Numbered from the whole stretch's first letter, positions 1-11,900 are shown. The stretch is DNA of 63,139 nucleotides, filler included, from Octopus bimaculoides (GCF_001194135.2; 7 parts of 6 records of this genome joined end to end with filler, not necessarily neighbours in it); one strand, 5' to 3'. Notes: generated from the sequence alone by a model not told the origin. Numbers and translations are program-made.

Positions 1-32
<32 letters not shown>

Positions 33-1064
33 TTCTATGGATTTCCTTTTTGCATTAGGAGAGAAAATCTATGATATAAATATGGCGGCAGCAGTATTGG
101 TGGTGATGTGAGGGTGGTGGTGGTGGTGGTGGGAGATGGAGATTAATAAAAGACAAAGCATGAAAGGTGAGAAAAAGAGAGGGAAAGAGAGAGAGAGAGA
201 GAGGAAGCAAGACGGGAAAAAGAGGGTGATAAGAGAGAGAGAGAGAGAGAGAGTATGACTGCATAATTAGTTCTATTTATAAAACATAGAAGACTCTCTA
301 AGACATTTCGTTTTTAGTAATTTATTAAATGTTATTTTAAAAAGTAAGGACCTACTGATTGTGTGGGGGTTGGGGATGAGGGGTGAGAGACAAGAACAAT
401 TTCTGTCTGACAAGGCTAAGAAAGATTTAGGCATCATAATCAAAGAGTCTATGAAGGCTTATCACTGAGATTAGTCTCATCACACAAGTAGTAGTAGTAG
501 TAGTAGTAATAGTAGTAGTAGTAGTAGCAGTAGTAGTAGTAGTAGTAGTAGTAGCAGTAGTAGCAGATGTTGTTGTTGTTGTTTAGTCCTAAGGCAGCTG
601 CTCATCATACAAACCTATGATTTAAAAAAAAGGCATTCAAGCCAAGGCCATCCTGTCTTTTATTTCAAGTTCTGCAATATGAACTATTGGCTACTATTTC
701 TAGCACATAGAAGAGATTCCCATATATTGATGATGATGATAGTGCTGGCTGAACAGATGTGCCGAAGCTTTATTTCAAGAATTTTGTGACCTAGACTATC
801 GACTGCTATTTCTAGCAGAGAGAGTGAGCCTGCAGAGGTTCTCTTATTATGATGATAAATGATGATGATGATGATGATGATGATGAAGATAAGGATACTG
901 CTGTTGATGATGATGGTAGCTGGTGGGTGAAGAAATACTTTGAAGGAGTTTATCGAGTGGTATTTGTCAACTCAAGTCCCATAGAAGAAGGGTGAGTGTT
1001 AAAGTTTCAGTTTAGTTTGGAAAGAAAGTTGTTGGTGAATAAATACTGAGATGGAACAATGAAG

Positions 1065-1192
1065 GCCGGAGCCTCATGGAGCTTTAGGTGTTTTCGCTCA
1101 ATAAACACTCACAACGCCCGGTCTGGGAATCGAAACCGCGATCCTATGACCGCAAGTCCGCTGCCCTAACCACTGGGCCATTGCATCTCCAC
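1065..1192 (-). mobile_element. tRNA-derived SINE (family C head), young CpG-rich copy
   Basis: TGGCCCAGTGG A-box and GTTTCGATTCC B-box, followed by a non-tRNA body shared with other copies in the window. Confidence 0.8.
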
Positions 1193-1518
1193 ACCAGAGT
1201 AATAACAAATAAAAATACAGCAGAAAAAAAAAAAATGTTTTTCCAGCTAATATTCATCTCATGACTTTCATAACCTGCACCATTACATTATTAGGTTCAC
1301 ATATCAGGTGTACCCCAGCTCTTATTTAACAGCCATTTAGGGAGATTAAGGTCACACCAGATCACGGGACTCTGAGACCAGAAATAAAGTAATTCAGCTC
1401 AGCATAACACAAACTCAAGTTGTGTTGTTATGTCATGGTTAAGGCTTCTTGTGACCCCAATACAGGTCACATTAAGCCATAAAACCGTTGTCTGTACTTT
1501 AGAAAAGACACTAGATTA

Positions 1519-1968
1519 AGGTCATGCCAAGCCTTAAACCTCACCTACTGATTAAGGTCACACCATGCTATGACCTTTCTCCCACTGGTTTATTGATTTA
1601 AGGTCATATCATGCCGTGACCCACACCTAATTTGAGGTCACTTCATGGCATGACTGCCATCTACTGATTTAAGGTCACATCATGCGATGACCCTCACCCA
1701 CTAATTTCAGGTCAGACCATGTCATGACCATCACTCACTAATTTAAGGTCATGCTATGTGATGACCCTCACCCACTAATTTAAGGTCATACCATATCATG
1801 ACCCTCACTAAATTGAGGTCATACCATGTCATGACCTTCACCCACTAATTTAAGGTCATACCATATTATGACCCTCATTCACTAATTTGAGGTCACATCA
1901 TGTTATGACCTTCACTCCTTGATTCAAGGTCACACCATGCCATGACCACCACCCACTGATTAAGGTCA
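1519..1968. repeat. ~37-bp minisatellite, 13 units, consensus TTTAAGGTCAYACCATGTCATGACCCTCACCCACTAA
   Basis: AGGTCA at 1519, 1555, 1601, 1635, 1672, 1709, 1746, 1783, 1816, 1853, 1890, 1927 and 1963. Confidence 0.95.
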
Positions 1969-3323
1969 TGGCTGCCATGTAAGCCCAGCCACAAAGTGTG
2001 TGAATGAAGTGGGTTATGTTTATCAGAGATGAAGAACAGATTATTTTTATGAACCTTCATAATCATACAGTAATGATAACAATATTGTCACGATAATAAT
2101 ATCATAATGATATTACAACCCTTTGTGACAATATCTGAGCAAAATAGCAATGAAGTTCTAATTGCAGAAATTATAGCAGTAATAGTAGTTAAGTTGTAGT
2201 AGTAATAGTTGGAACACATAACTCTAACAACAGCTAGCAGTTATACTGAGCCCAGTATGTAACTGGTACTTATTTTAGCAACCCTGAAAGGATGAAAGGC
2301 AAAGTTGATTCCAGCAATATTTGAATCCAGAATGTGAAGACACAAAATGTCATTAAGCATTTTGGCAGGAATGCTAACAATTCTGCCAGTTAGCATTAAT
2401 TTCTTAGTTATAAGAGTAATATTGTAGCAGTAAACTGTTGCTATTATCAGTGGTAGAATAATCAAAAGTTTTTGAGCAATTAACTGTTCTGTCACTGCTG
2501 TAACTGTTAACAGTTTACAGCAATAATAAAAGAAGTTAATTGACAGCAACAGAACAGCTATTGTAACACTGTCAATTTTCTGCTCTTACTATTAACAATT
2601 ATAAAACAGTTAAGTAATACTTATACAGCACATTTATAGCGGCTGTAAAACAGATGTGATATTCTAATACAGTTAACTGTTTTATCAATGCAATCATGTA
2701 ACAGTTACAAAACAGTTAGAGAATTAATTACAGGAGCCACATGACAGTTATAGTGCTGCTCTGTTAACTGTTATGTCACTTGTAAATGTATTAGCAGTGA
2801 TATAACAGGTAATTGCTGAGATATTATAGTTAAATTATGGCAGTTATACAATAGATATAAAACCAGTTGGTAAATCTAAGTATCACTTCCATAACAGTGA
2901 CAATAGTTAGAAGTTGCATTGCAGATCACATAGACTAGAACAGGAGTACTCGGCTAAGCCTAGGTTCACTTTAAATACTAAATGAGTTCTGAAACAGCAA
3001 TCATAACTGCAGTCAGTGAAAAACCAGAATATAGTGTTGAAATAACAATATAACTGAGGAGAAAGGTGAGACCAGTAAAACGTGACAAAGAAGTCTCTCA
3101 TTGCTCAACCTGATACAAATCTTACATTATAAAAAGAGAAGCTGATCTCTGTCTGTCCATCACATCTATTACAGATAAGGAAGAAGAGAAGGAATCAAAA
3201 GGGGAGATAACCCTTGTCACAATATAGATCTAGAAGGGGAAAATATAGTTGAGAGAGAAATACAATGTGTGAGAGAGAAACAGAGAGAGGGAGTGTGTGA
3301 AAGATAAATTTATAGGTAGTGTT

Positions 3324-3337
3324 GTCACCATAGCAAC
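3324..3337. promoter_or_regulatory. RFX X-box-like motif GTCACCATAGCAAC
   Basis: Exact match to the strict consensus GTYRCC-AT-RGYAAC. Function is not demonstrated. Confidence 0.5.
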
Positions 3338-4147
3338 TAACAAGTTTTCAAAAACAGGAATTTTAAGTTCAAGTCTGTCATTACAATGCAACACACATTT
3401 AAAAAATAGACTATATGTGTGCATATATAAATATATCAATTTTTTGGAGGGGGGTGTTTGTGTGTGTGTTTTTGTATTTTTCAATGTGACAATGACTTTA
3501 AAAAAGACTCACTTTGAACAGATTATGAAGGAACGTGCATGATTAACAAATAATTTTACCAGTAGCATAGTGACAGGCAATGGTCAAGAAGCATTTAAAT
3601 CTCACTCAAATCAAGACACTCTTCAAAAGGATAGAACACTTTGATAATATAGTTTAAGCTACATCATATATGGAGAAATTAAAATGGAAAGGTCATGACT
3701 AGAACAGTCTTTGATAGGTGGGACTGTTATAACAATAATAATTATAACAGTTAACAGCAACAGCAGTAACAGAACAGTTAATAGTTATAGTATTTATTGT
3801 GAGAATAGTTAACTTTTCTAACTATCAAAGTTAAACATTAATAGTTACAACTGATGTATACTCTAGACCATCATAGCTCATCATTTAATACTGATTGAAT
3901 AGAAAACAGTTATAGCAGGGATAAAGTGGTACAGTCACTTGTTCTCACAATCGGTTATAGTAGTAATAGTAAGCGGTAGTAATAGTAGCAGTAGTGAAAA
4001 TAGTTATAGCATAATAGTTGGACTGTTTGTTTATGTGTGTGTGTGTAGGCTCAAACATGGTTGTGTTGTCAAGATCGCTGTGCAGCTGTTTAGGGTTCAG
4101 TCCTACTGCACAGCACTTTGGGCAAGTGTCTTCTACTGTAGACCTGA

Positions 4148-4410
4148 GTGGAGGTGTGTGGCTTAGTGGTTAGGGTGTTGGACTCATGATTGTAAGATTG
4201 TGGTTTCGATTCCTGTGCCAGATGACGTGTTATGTCCTGAAGCAAAACACTTTATTTTATGTTGTTCCAGTCCAATCAGCTGGAAAAAATGAGTAATCCT
4301 GTGAAGGACTGGAGTCCCATCCAGGTGGGGGACATATATGCCATGGAAACCAGGAAACCAACCCTATGATTCAGCATGACTCGAGACGGTAGCTTTACCC
4401 ACCTTTACCT
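4148..4410 (+). mobile_element. tRNA-derived SINE family C, inserted in a family A SINE
   Basis: TGGCTTAGTGG...GTTTCGATTCC head. Family A sequence flanks both sides (4040-4147 and 4410-4500). Confidence 0.7.
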
Positions 4411-6070
4411 TACTATAGTCTTGAACCAACCAAAGCCTTGTGAATAGACTACAAGGTTTTGGTCAGTCTGGGGCTATAGTAGAAGGTAGAAAATGCTTGA
4501 AAGCCTGTCATACAAATATATAATGTGTGTGTGTGTGTGTCCTTGTTTGCCCAACTGCCTGATAACCAGTATTGGTTTGTTTACATTCCCATAACTTAGC
4601 AGTTCAGCAAAAGAAACTGATAGCATAAGTACCAGATTTAAAAAGAAAAAGTCCTTGTGTTGATTCATTGGACTAAACTTTTCAAGGTAGTCCAAAGGTA
4701 TGTGTATATATATATACATATATTAAAATTCAAATGTACACACATGTATATTCAAGGGAGAGTGTCTCAACATCTGAAGCAGCTTGTGAATATTTGAGAC
4801 AGGTATATGTATAAATGTATATTACACAATGGATACATGTATGTGTGTATATATATAATTATATACATACGTACACACATGCACATTTATATATATATAT
4901 ATATATAACTGTACACATTACTCCCATAGCCTACAGTCCATTTAATATACTTCTATACAGTCTAAATTTATATTTTCAAGTAACAAATCATTAATCATAT
5001 TAATACTTGTATATTAATAATTAGTTCTAAAATTACAGAGGTTTATTGTATAGGCACAAGGCCAGCAATATAAGAGGAAAGCATGACGTTAGTGAATAAC
5101 AACATGCCCATACTTGAAAGGTACTTTAGTTTACTGATCATTGAAAGGATGAAAAGTTAGGTTAACCTTAATGGAATTATTGTATGTGTATTTACTATAA
5201 GGGAGTACATTTGTCAACCATATTAGGATTTTAGAATTGTGATAGGGAGTGTATGGGTATTTTGTAAATACCTCATGGAGTGATGACCATACCCTGCATA
5301 GTTACTGGGTACCCTTTGGCAAAGTAGTGTATCCATTCAGCCACCCTGCCAGGGATATGGCGAATTCACAGGATTGCAGCATGATGGATTGTGAAGAGGT
5401 AGCAGAAGAGCTCAACTTATCAAATGGTGTTTCTTACATTGATGCTGAGCAGAGGAATCCCAGAAGATCGACAGTCAAGATCAGCAAGCGCTCTCAAGAG
5501 AGTAATTGCAATGCATCCATAGGTGCGGTATCCAAGGTTGTGCAATCAGCTAATAAAAGATTCACTATGACTCAAGCTCCCAACTCAAATTCATAATAAT
5601 GGAATTGGATGGCGACAGAGTCAGGAGAATCCACGAAAGCAGCGAAAAAAAGAATTGTGATGCAATAAACTATGTTTTAAAAAGGGAGGGAAAACAGTTA
5701 ACTTTTATAACAAATTTAGAATTAATTTAACAGAACAGCTGATTAAAAACATTTTTTGTGTTATCTTTATGATCAGATTTTAAACTGAAGCAAGAAGCAA
5801 GAAATCTTAGAGAAATATTTTTCATAATTTATAATCTAATTTTGTGATTTTATCTATTTGAGAAATGAATTAATTTCTGAACTACCTGCATTTTAAACAT
5901 ATATATCATTTCTTGAGAAAAAAATGTTCTTTCTTAACTTGTTTTTTAATTATTAAGAAGTAGACCTTAATGATTATGGAATGTAGTGTACTACTTTCAC
6001 TTTCTCCATGGATTTTCCATTTATGTTCATTTCTGCCAAATTGATAAGAAAAAAATATAAATTTCCCCAA

Positions 6071-6116
6071 GACACCTGACAAAGGCTGGAGGGTATATCA
6101 GCCGAAACGTTGTGTT
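6071..6116 (+). ncRNA. Minimal type I hammerhead-like motif (core-mutated) in a Penelope-like element terminus
   Basis: GACAC-CTGACAA-A-GGCTG(10 nt loop)CAGCC-GAAA-CGT-T-GTGTT. Stems I and II pair; the core reads CUGACAA instead of CUGANGA. Confidence 0.6.
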
Positions 6117-6334
6117 AACAACAAACAAGATGAGGACGAATATCCGTCAAATGTAAATAATGTAAATAATTCCTCATCTCTTAAATATAGAACTGTAATA
6201 TATTGCATTGTTTAAATATTTTATATATTTGCTATTTCATGACAGAAAGCGAGGACAAATACTGCAAAGCATTTTAATTAGTTCTGTCAATCTATCAACC
6301 AATTAATAATAATAAATATTGATATTAATAGACA

Positions 6335-6490
6335 CAGGCATGGCTGTGTAGTTAAGATGATTGTTTCCTAATCATGTAACCTCGGGTTCAGTCCTATCGT
6401 TTGACCCCTTGAGTAAGTGTCTGCTATATTTCTGGCCTGACACAAAACCTTGTGAGTAGATTTGCTAGAGGGAAACTGAAATAAGCTTGT

Positions 6491-6529
<39 letters not shown>

Positions 6530-6720
6530 ACCTTTGTTTAAATATCGTGATGTTTGTAAATGAGCATCACTGTCATATAAGTGGGGTTGTTGATTTCCAG
6601 TTTTCTGTGAAAAACATGTCTAGCCATGGGGAAACATTACCTAGCTTGGTGACAGGAAGGGCATCTGGACATACAAAAAAATCTGCCTCAACAAATTCTA
6701 TCTGATCCATGCAAGCAAGG
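6335..6720 (+). mobile_element. tRNA-derived SINE family A with RTE-like tail
   Basis: GGCTGTGTAG...GGGTTCAGTCC head; GAAACTGAAA body; GGTGACAGGAAGGGCATC tail shared with RTE 3' ends. Confidence 0.7.
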
Positions 6721-7649
6721 AAATGTGATGATGAATGACTGGTGGAGAGGCAGGTCTGTTACCAACAACAACAACAACACCAATCCTGCTCCAAGATTTC
6801 CCCTTCTGCTACAATTGAGGATCTGATAGGGTTTCGAAAAAAAAATAAACAATTGAGAGATGTTCTTGTCTGTCCTTTTCCTTTTTTTTTTTTTTTTTTT
6901 CAAACTCTCAAATATCAGAACAAAGGAATAAAACACTGGCAGGCATCAGCCATTTCTGTCAGACACCAGAAAGCTTGGAAAGAATGTATAAACAAACACA
7001 GAAATATTACAAAAGATACAAGGATGGAAAATGAAGAAAATAAACCCAACCCCAAAAACAGAAAAAAAAACCCCAAAAAAACAACAAAAATAAAAAAAGA
7101 GTAAGTGAAGCTTTCAGACAGAAAGCAGTAAGGAGAAATGTTTTGAAAAAGTACCTTTTATTTACAGAAATATACAAATATATTCACGATATCGAGATTG
7201 TTGCTGTGACCCTGTTAAGGGAGACAAACTGCCTTCCTTCTCCTTTAGAGGAGGTGTGGGGAGACATTTACACAAACCAACTGAACAGAAGGAGGAGTAA
7301 AATAAAAGTTGTAACGCAAATCAAACTTAAACCCTGAAAGACAAAAATGAAGTTTATTATATGTTTTTTTTTTGTGTGTGTGTATGTGTGTTTATGTGTG
7401 TGTGGTGGTGTCCATGCTGTGTAAATGTATGTGAGAGGTGTTCATGAATGTCCATGTGCATGTGTGTGTGTGTTACACTTGTTTAGTTTGGTTTGTTCAT
7501 TTGTTTGTTATTTGACATGATTATAACCAATGCCACAAAAGTGCAGAGCACAAATGTCGCAGTGAAGTGCATTAATGGTGCCTGTACATAACATATGCAC
7601 AACTACACTTGCTCAATGTCTTATGTATGTATACATACACAACACACAC

Positions 7650-7696
<47 letters not shown>

Positions 7697-9587
7697 CTAT
7701 GGCTACTACTCCAGGATCGTTGTCTCAATCACATGAACAAGAGACAGAAAGCTATCAACCTTGGCTATAAAGATATATGTGAACTTGAATCAAATACACA
7801 ACTGAATTTCCATGTATGTATCACGGTAACTGAGGGAAATGTTGAAAGCAGGCATACCTCCTTCATGTCCAGAAACTATTTAATTCTGAAAACATAACAG
7901 GAACTGTTCTGATATCAACAAACCCTTATTTTCTGGTCAGACATGGAACAAAGTGACTTGACTCAAGAAGCTTTGCACTGGCATGCAAATGGTTCAAGTA
8001 TCTTGATACTAATATTAATGACTATTTCTTAAAGCGAATGCAGGTAACTATTTGGTTAGTAGAGAAGTTTCTTTTCACATTTGTTTTGAACCATCATCTG
8101 TAAGGGGGGAGGGAGCATGGAGAGCTTCTTACTCTATCTTGGACCAATGAAAGGCAAGCTTTTTTTACAAAAGGTAGCGAGAGTACCAACAGAGATTAAT
8201 GGCCAACAATCCAGCCGACTGGCATGGTGGTATGCAACCAAATTTTGGAATGATTACGATGAGATAACACAAGTATTGCTATTAAGGAAACAGGTATTGA
8301 ATTCCACAAGAATGAAGATTCTTCAGTTTTAACTATAATAGAAATATTAAAACTAAGGGCTGGGGTTTATAATCTGCTCACAGAACATTACAGGTCACTC
8401 ATGGTGAAGAATTTCTTAATTTAGGTCTCTTTTGAATTGAGATTTGTCAATAAATTATGAAATTCATTTTGACTAAGAACTTGTAGTCAAGAAACACTTC
8501 AAGTTTTACCTGACAGCTTATTCAACCAGTCAAACAAAACTTAAAGTCCCAGTTAAAACAAATTTTATAATTAAATTTAATTACTTTGAAACTTTAGTGA
8601 CCCATTAGTAAATGTTCTGTTGTTTCTCTTAAACTTGCTTTAAAAATAATATCTTTAAAGTAAGATATACAGATTAAAAATTTCAAAGCGCAATAGATAG
8701 GGGCTGTGGGAGAGGTCACCAAAGTAGAGGTGCTTTGACTAGAAACTATGTTTTCAATACCATTCAGCCAGGTCACCGTTGCAAGAAAAACCACCAGCAA
8801 ATTGGTAAAATGCAACACATCAAAAGAGGTAGAGGATGGTCTTAAAGCAGCACTGTCTGCAGTTCCAGGCTTAGCTGATCATTGCACACAAACTGCATCG
8901 GCCCTATATCTAAGTTATTCTACAATCAGCAGAGGGAGTAGCAAGCAGTAGAGGTGAAAGACTTTGTGAAGGAGGATAGCAATCAATAGTCACAAATGAA
9001 AAACCACTACATTCAGATGCGATGTGTATATTGGCTGAATTACAAACCTTTATTGAAGCAAATTATTTAGAAAGTCATTATATATATATATATAGATACT
9101 CTTTGGGATATCCTTGTGGTTAAGAGAGTCACTTCACAGCCACATGGCACTGGGTTTTATCTTTTTAATGGTAGTCTCAGGTTGCTTTTTGAGTGGAACT
9201 TAGTAGACAGAAACTGTGCAGAAGCCTGTCGTGTATGTGTGTTTGCTTTCGTGTATACCAGTGTAAAAACTGTGCATCAAGTTGCATCCCTTTATATTAA
9301 AAGGTAACTTAGCCATTTGATAAATAGAGATCGATAAAATAAGTATCAGGCTGATAATAAGTACTGAGGTTGATAAGAATCAACTAAAAACCCAGCGTGG
9401 CTGCAGTTGGATGGCTGAAGCCTGTAAAAGGGCACACACACACACACATACACACACACGCAAACATAATCATGTGTATAGAAGAACAAATATACATATA
9501 TGTTATGCATATGTACATAAGTGTGTGTGAGTGTATGTGCATATGTGTGTGTGTGCACATGTGTGTATGCATGAGTGCGTGTATATG

Positions 9588-9630
<43 letters not shown>

Positions 9631-9844
9631 CAATATGTAGTATATAGTGTAACTCATACTGGGAAGAGAAAAAAAAACAATATACAAAACAAAAAAAGGA
9701 TAATCATAATAAAAAATAATAGTAATAAAAGAAAAAAGAAAATGAACAGTGCTGATTAAAATGGTAAAGACTGATAGCAGACTGGAATCTAAATAATAAT
9801 AATAAACAAGATACAGTGTAGGGTGGGGAAAGGGTGCAATAGAT

Positions 9845-9944
9845 NNNNNNNNNNNNNNNNNNNNNNNNNNNNNNNNNNNNNNNNNNNNTTAATTAATTAA
9901 NNNNNNNNNNNNNNNNNNNNNNNNNNNNNNNNNNNNNNNNNNNN
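9845..9944. other. Assembly spacer 44N-TTAATTAATTAA-44N (also 19249-19348, 31787-31886, 45038-45137, 52404-52503, 60613-60712)
   Basis: Six identical 100-bp units. The palindromic 12-mer places a stop codon in all six frames. Confidence 0.95.
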
Positions 9945-10377
9945 TTATCGCTCCTAAGCCAGAAACGCGTCTATGATTAACTTCGACTGGTTAGTTTTCG
10001 TTGTTTTTTCTTCTTGTTTTGCCTTTGTGAGTTACAAGTAATGCTATCTGTTGGAGTCTCAGCATTTTAGCTGCTATTTCTGAACTTCAGTATGTGGTGA
10101 AGCAACTGTTGCTGATCTCTTAATTATGTTTATAAATGTATAAGAACTTTTAAATAAGTTCTCCACCGATAATGGTGTTTACATACCGAAGGGCTTGGTA
10201 AAAATTATTAATTGTTAATTTATTAATAAATTAATAAATTGATAAACCTTTACCCTTTTAATTGCAATAATTATACATATATATATATAGAAATATTTAA
10301 ATTTGAAGAAGTATTCTGTCAATGCTATTATATAAAAATTAATGTGAAAAAATGAAAAGAAGAAACATTAAGAATAC

Positions 10378-10635
10378 CTTCAAAGTACATTCTCGAATAA
10401 TTGCTGTGTGGTGATTGTATTTTAGCTTATCATTCTTTTTCTCAACATGCCACAAGTCATTTATTTTGCACAATGCTCTTCTGGCAAAAGCTTCTGCATG
10501 CTCTCCTGCTTTACATTCATAATAGCACTGACATACAGCCGTGTATGTTGTGCTCCTCCAAGACAAGTAGGAAATGTCACAGAGAAGGGGAGAGTTCTCC
10601 ATACACAGACAAACCCAAATTAAGTATTGTACAAC
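10378..10635 (-). CDS. CFAP54: CFAP54 exon (phase 0 to 0)
   Basis: ttttatttttag|GTT...AAG|gtattc; 258 nt; VVQYLIWVCLCMENSPLLCDISYLSWRSTTYTAVCQCYYECKAGEHAEAFARRALCKINDL...IRECTLK vs recalled human ALEYLLWASMCMES...YLTWRATLYTAVCQCCYDCHAGIHGEAFARRALAKIDEL...FREATMK. Confidence 0.92.
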
Positions 10636-10714
10636 CTAAAAATAAAATGTGATGAAATAGGAAATGTAAAACAAATATGAGTGAAGAGATTCGAAATTAG
10701 CTTCAACAGATAAT

Positions 10715-10925
10715 ATTAGTTTCAAATTTTTGCATTGGGCCAGTAATTTCGAGAGAGGAAATAAGTTGATTATATCAACCCCAGAATTAAACTGGTACTT
10801 ATTTTATCGACCCTGAAAGAATGAAAGGCAACCCCTGCAGAATTTGAACTCAGAATATAAAGACAGACGAAATGCCGCTAAGCATTTTGCCTAGCATGCT
10901 AATGATTCTGCTAGGCCACTGCCTT
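10715..10925 (-). mobile_element. SINE family B in a CFAP54 intron
   Basis: Reverse complement of the shared consensus GGCAGAATCGTTAGC...GAGTTCAAATTC...AATAAGTACCAG...CAAAATTTGAAAC. Confidence 0.8.
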
Positions 10926-11290
10926 CTCTTCAACAGATATATTAACAATGATAAATTAAAGATATTTTATCGATGAGAAAGCAGAAAAGTAACTTTTTTT
11001 ATAAAAAGAAAACAATGTAATAATATTTGTTTAATTTAAACAAATCTTTTATTAAATTGCAATTTAATTGTTGACCTGAAACCACCGAATTTATATCACC
11101 TTACACTTGTATTAAAAGAAGTTATAGAATCTGTAATCTAAGAGAGAAAAAAATTCCTTCTATCATTTATTTACATTTTGTAAATGTACATCATTAGCAT
11201 TAATCATTCATTGTTAATTTCATAACTAATTACTACAGAAAATGCAAAATAACATTAAATTTCTTGTAAAGAATTAGTTATTATGAAGTT

Positions 11291-11900
11291 CATCATCATC
11301 ATTTAAAGTCCACTTTCCATGCTGGCATTGGGTTTGATAGTTTGACAGGAGCTGACCAGGCAGACGAGACTACCCCAGGCTTCTGTGTCTGTTTTGGCAT
11401 GGTTTTTATAGTTGGATGCCCTTCCTAACACCAACCACCCCTGCAGAGTGGACAGAATGCTTTTTATGTGACACCAGCACAGACGAGGTCAGTTTTGGCA
11501 TGGTTTTTTACAGTTGGATGCCCCTTCAAATGCCAAACACTGGAACTGGATGCTTTTTACATGGCACCAGCACTGATACCACCAAATAGCTTGCAAGACA
11601 AAGATCCTTTAAGATGGGAGGGGTCATTGAGGAGGTGATCTTGTATCAGATGATGAAAGGTTAGAGTGTGATAGAAAGACAGAAACAGGTGTCTTGCTGT
11701 AGAGGTGATACATGGTTACCTGGCTAGAGAGAGGGAGAAAGAGTGTGATCAAGAATGAGGACAGAAACAGGTGCACTGCTGTAGAGGAGATACATGTTTA
11801 CCCAACCAGAGGGAGAGAGAAAGTGAAAGAGAGCAAGAGTACAAAAGAGAGAGAAGGAGAGAGATGGTGTTGAAGTGCAGGGCATACTCACAAGGAATGG
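11291..11900 (-). mobile_element. RTE-type 3' end / non-autonomous derivative with (GAT)n tail
   Basis: CCAGCATGGAAAGTGGAC..TAAATGATGATG tail, also seen at 14030 and 18500. Contains an internal ~85-bp tandem duplication. Confidence 0.65.

Noticed and set aside
900-992. Open frame DDDGSWWVKKYFEGVYRVVFV...|gtgagt
   Set aside because: Begins in a GAT microsatellite, has no acceptor and no recognisable homology.
1065-1192. tRNA gene calls for A/B-box sequences
   Set aside because: No complete cloverleaf, and each continues into shared SINE bodies.
1519-1968. CRISPR-like appearance (37-bp palindromic units)
   Set aside because: Units are contiguous with no unique spacers, there are no cas genes, and the context is eukaryotic.
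7900-8043. IFWSD (YWTD-like) and F-box-like strings before a cag|gtaact donor
   Set aside because: Each frame has stops between any acceptor and the donor; no coherent exon.
1-9844. Further CFAP54 exons (expected MAVMIFKR.../WPRT... equivalents)
   Set aside because: Manual scanning found no convincing match; divergent exons could have been missed.
9889-9900. TTAATTAATTAA as a biological motif
   Set aside because: Always centred in exactly 44+44 N; it is an artificial six-frame stop linker.
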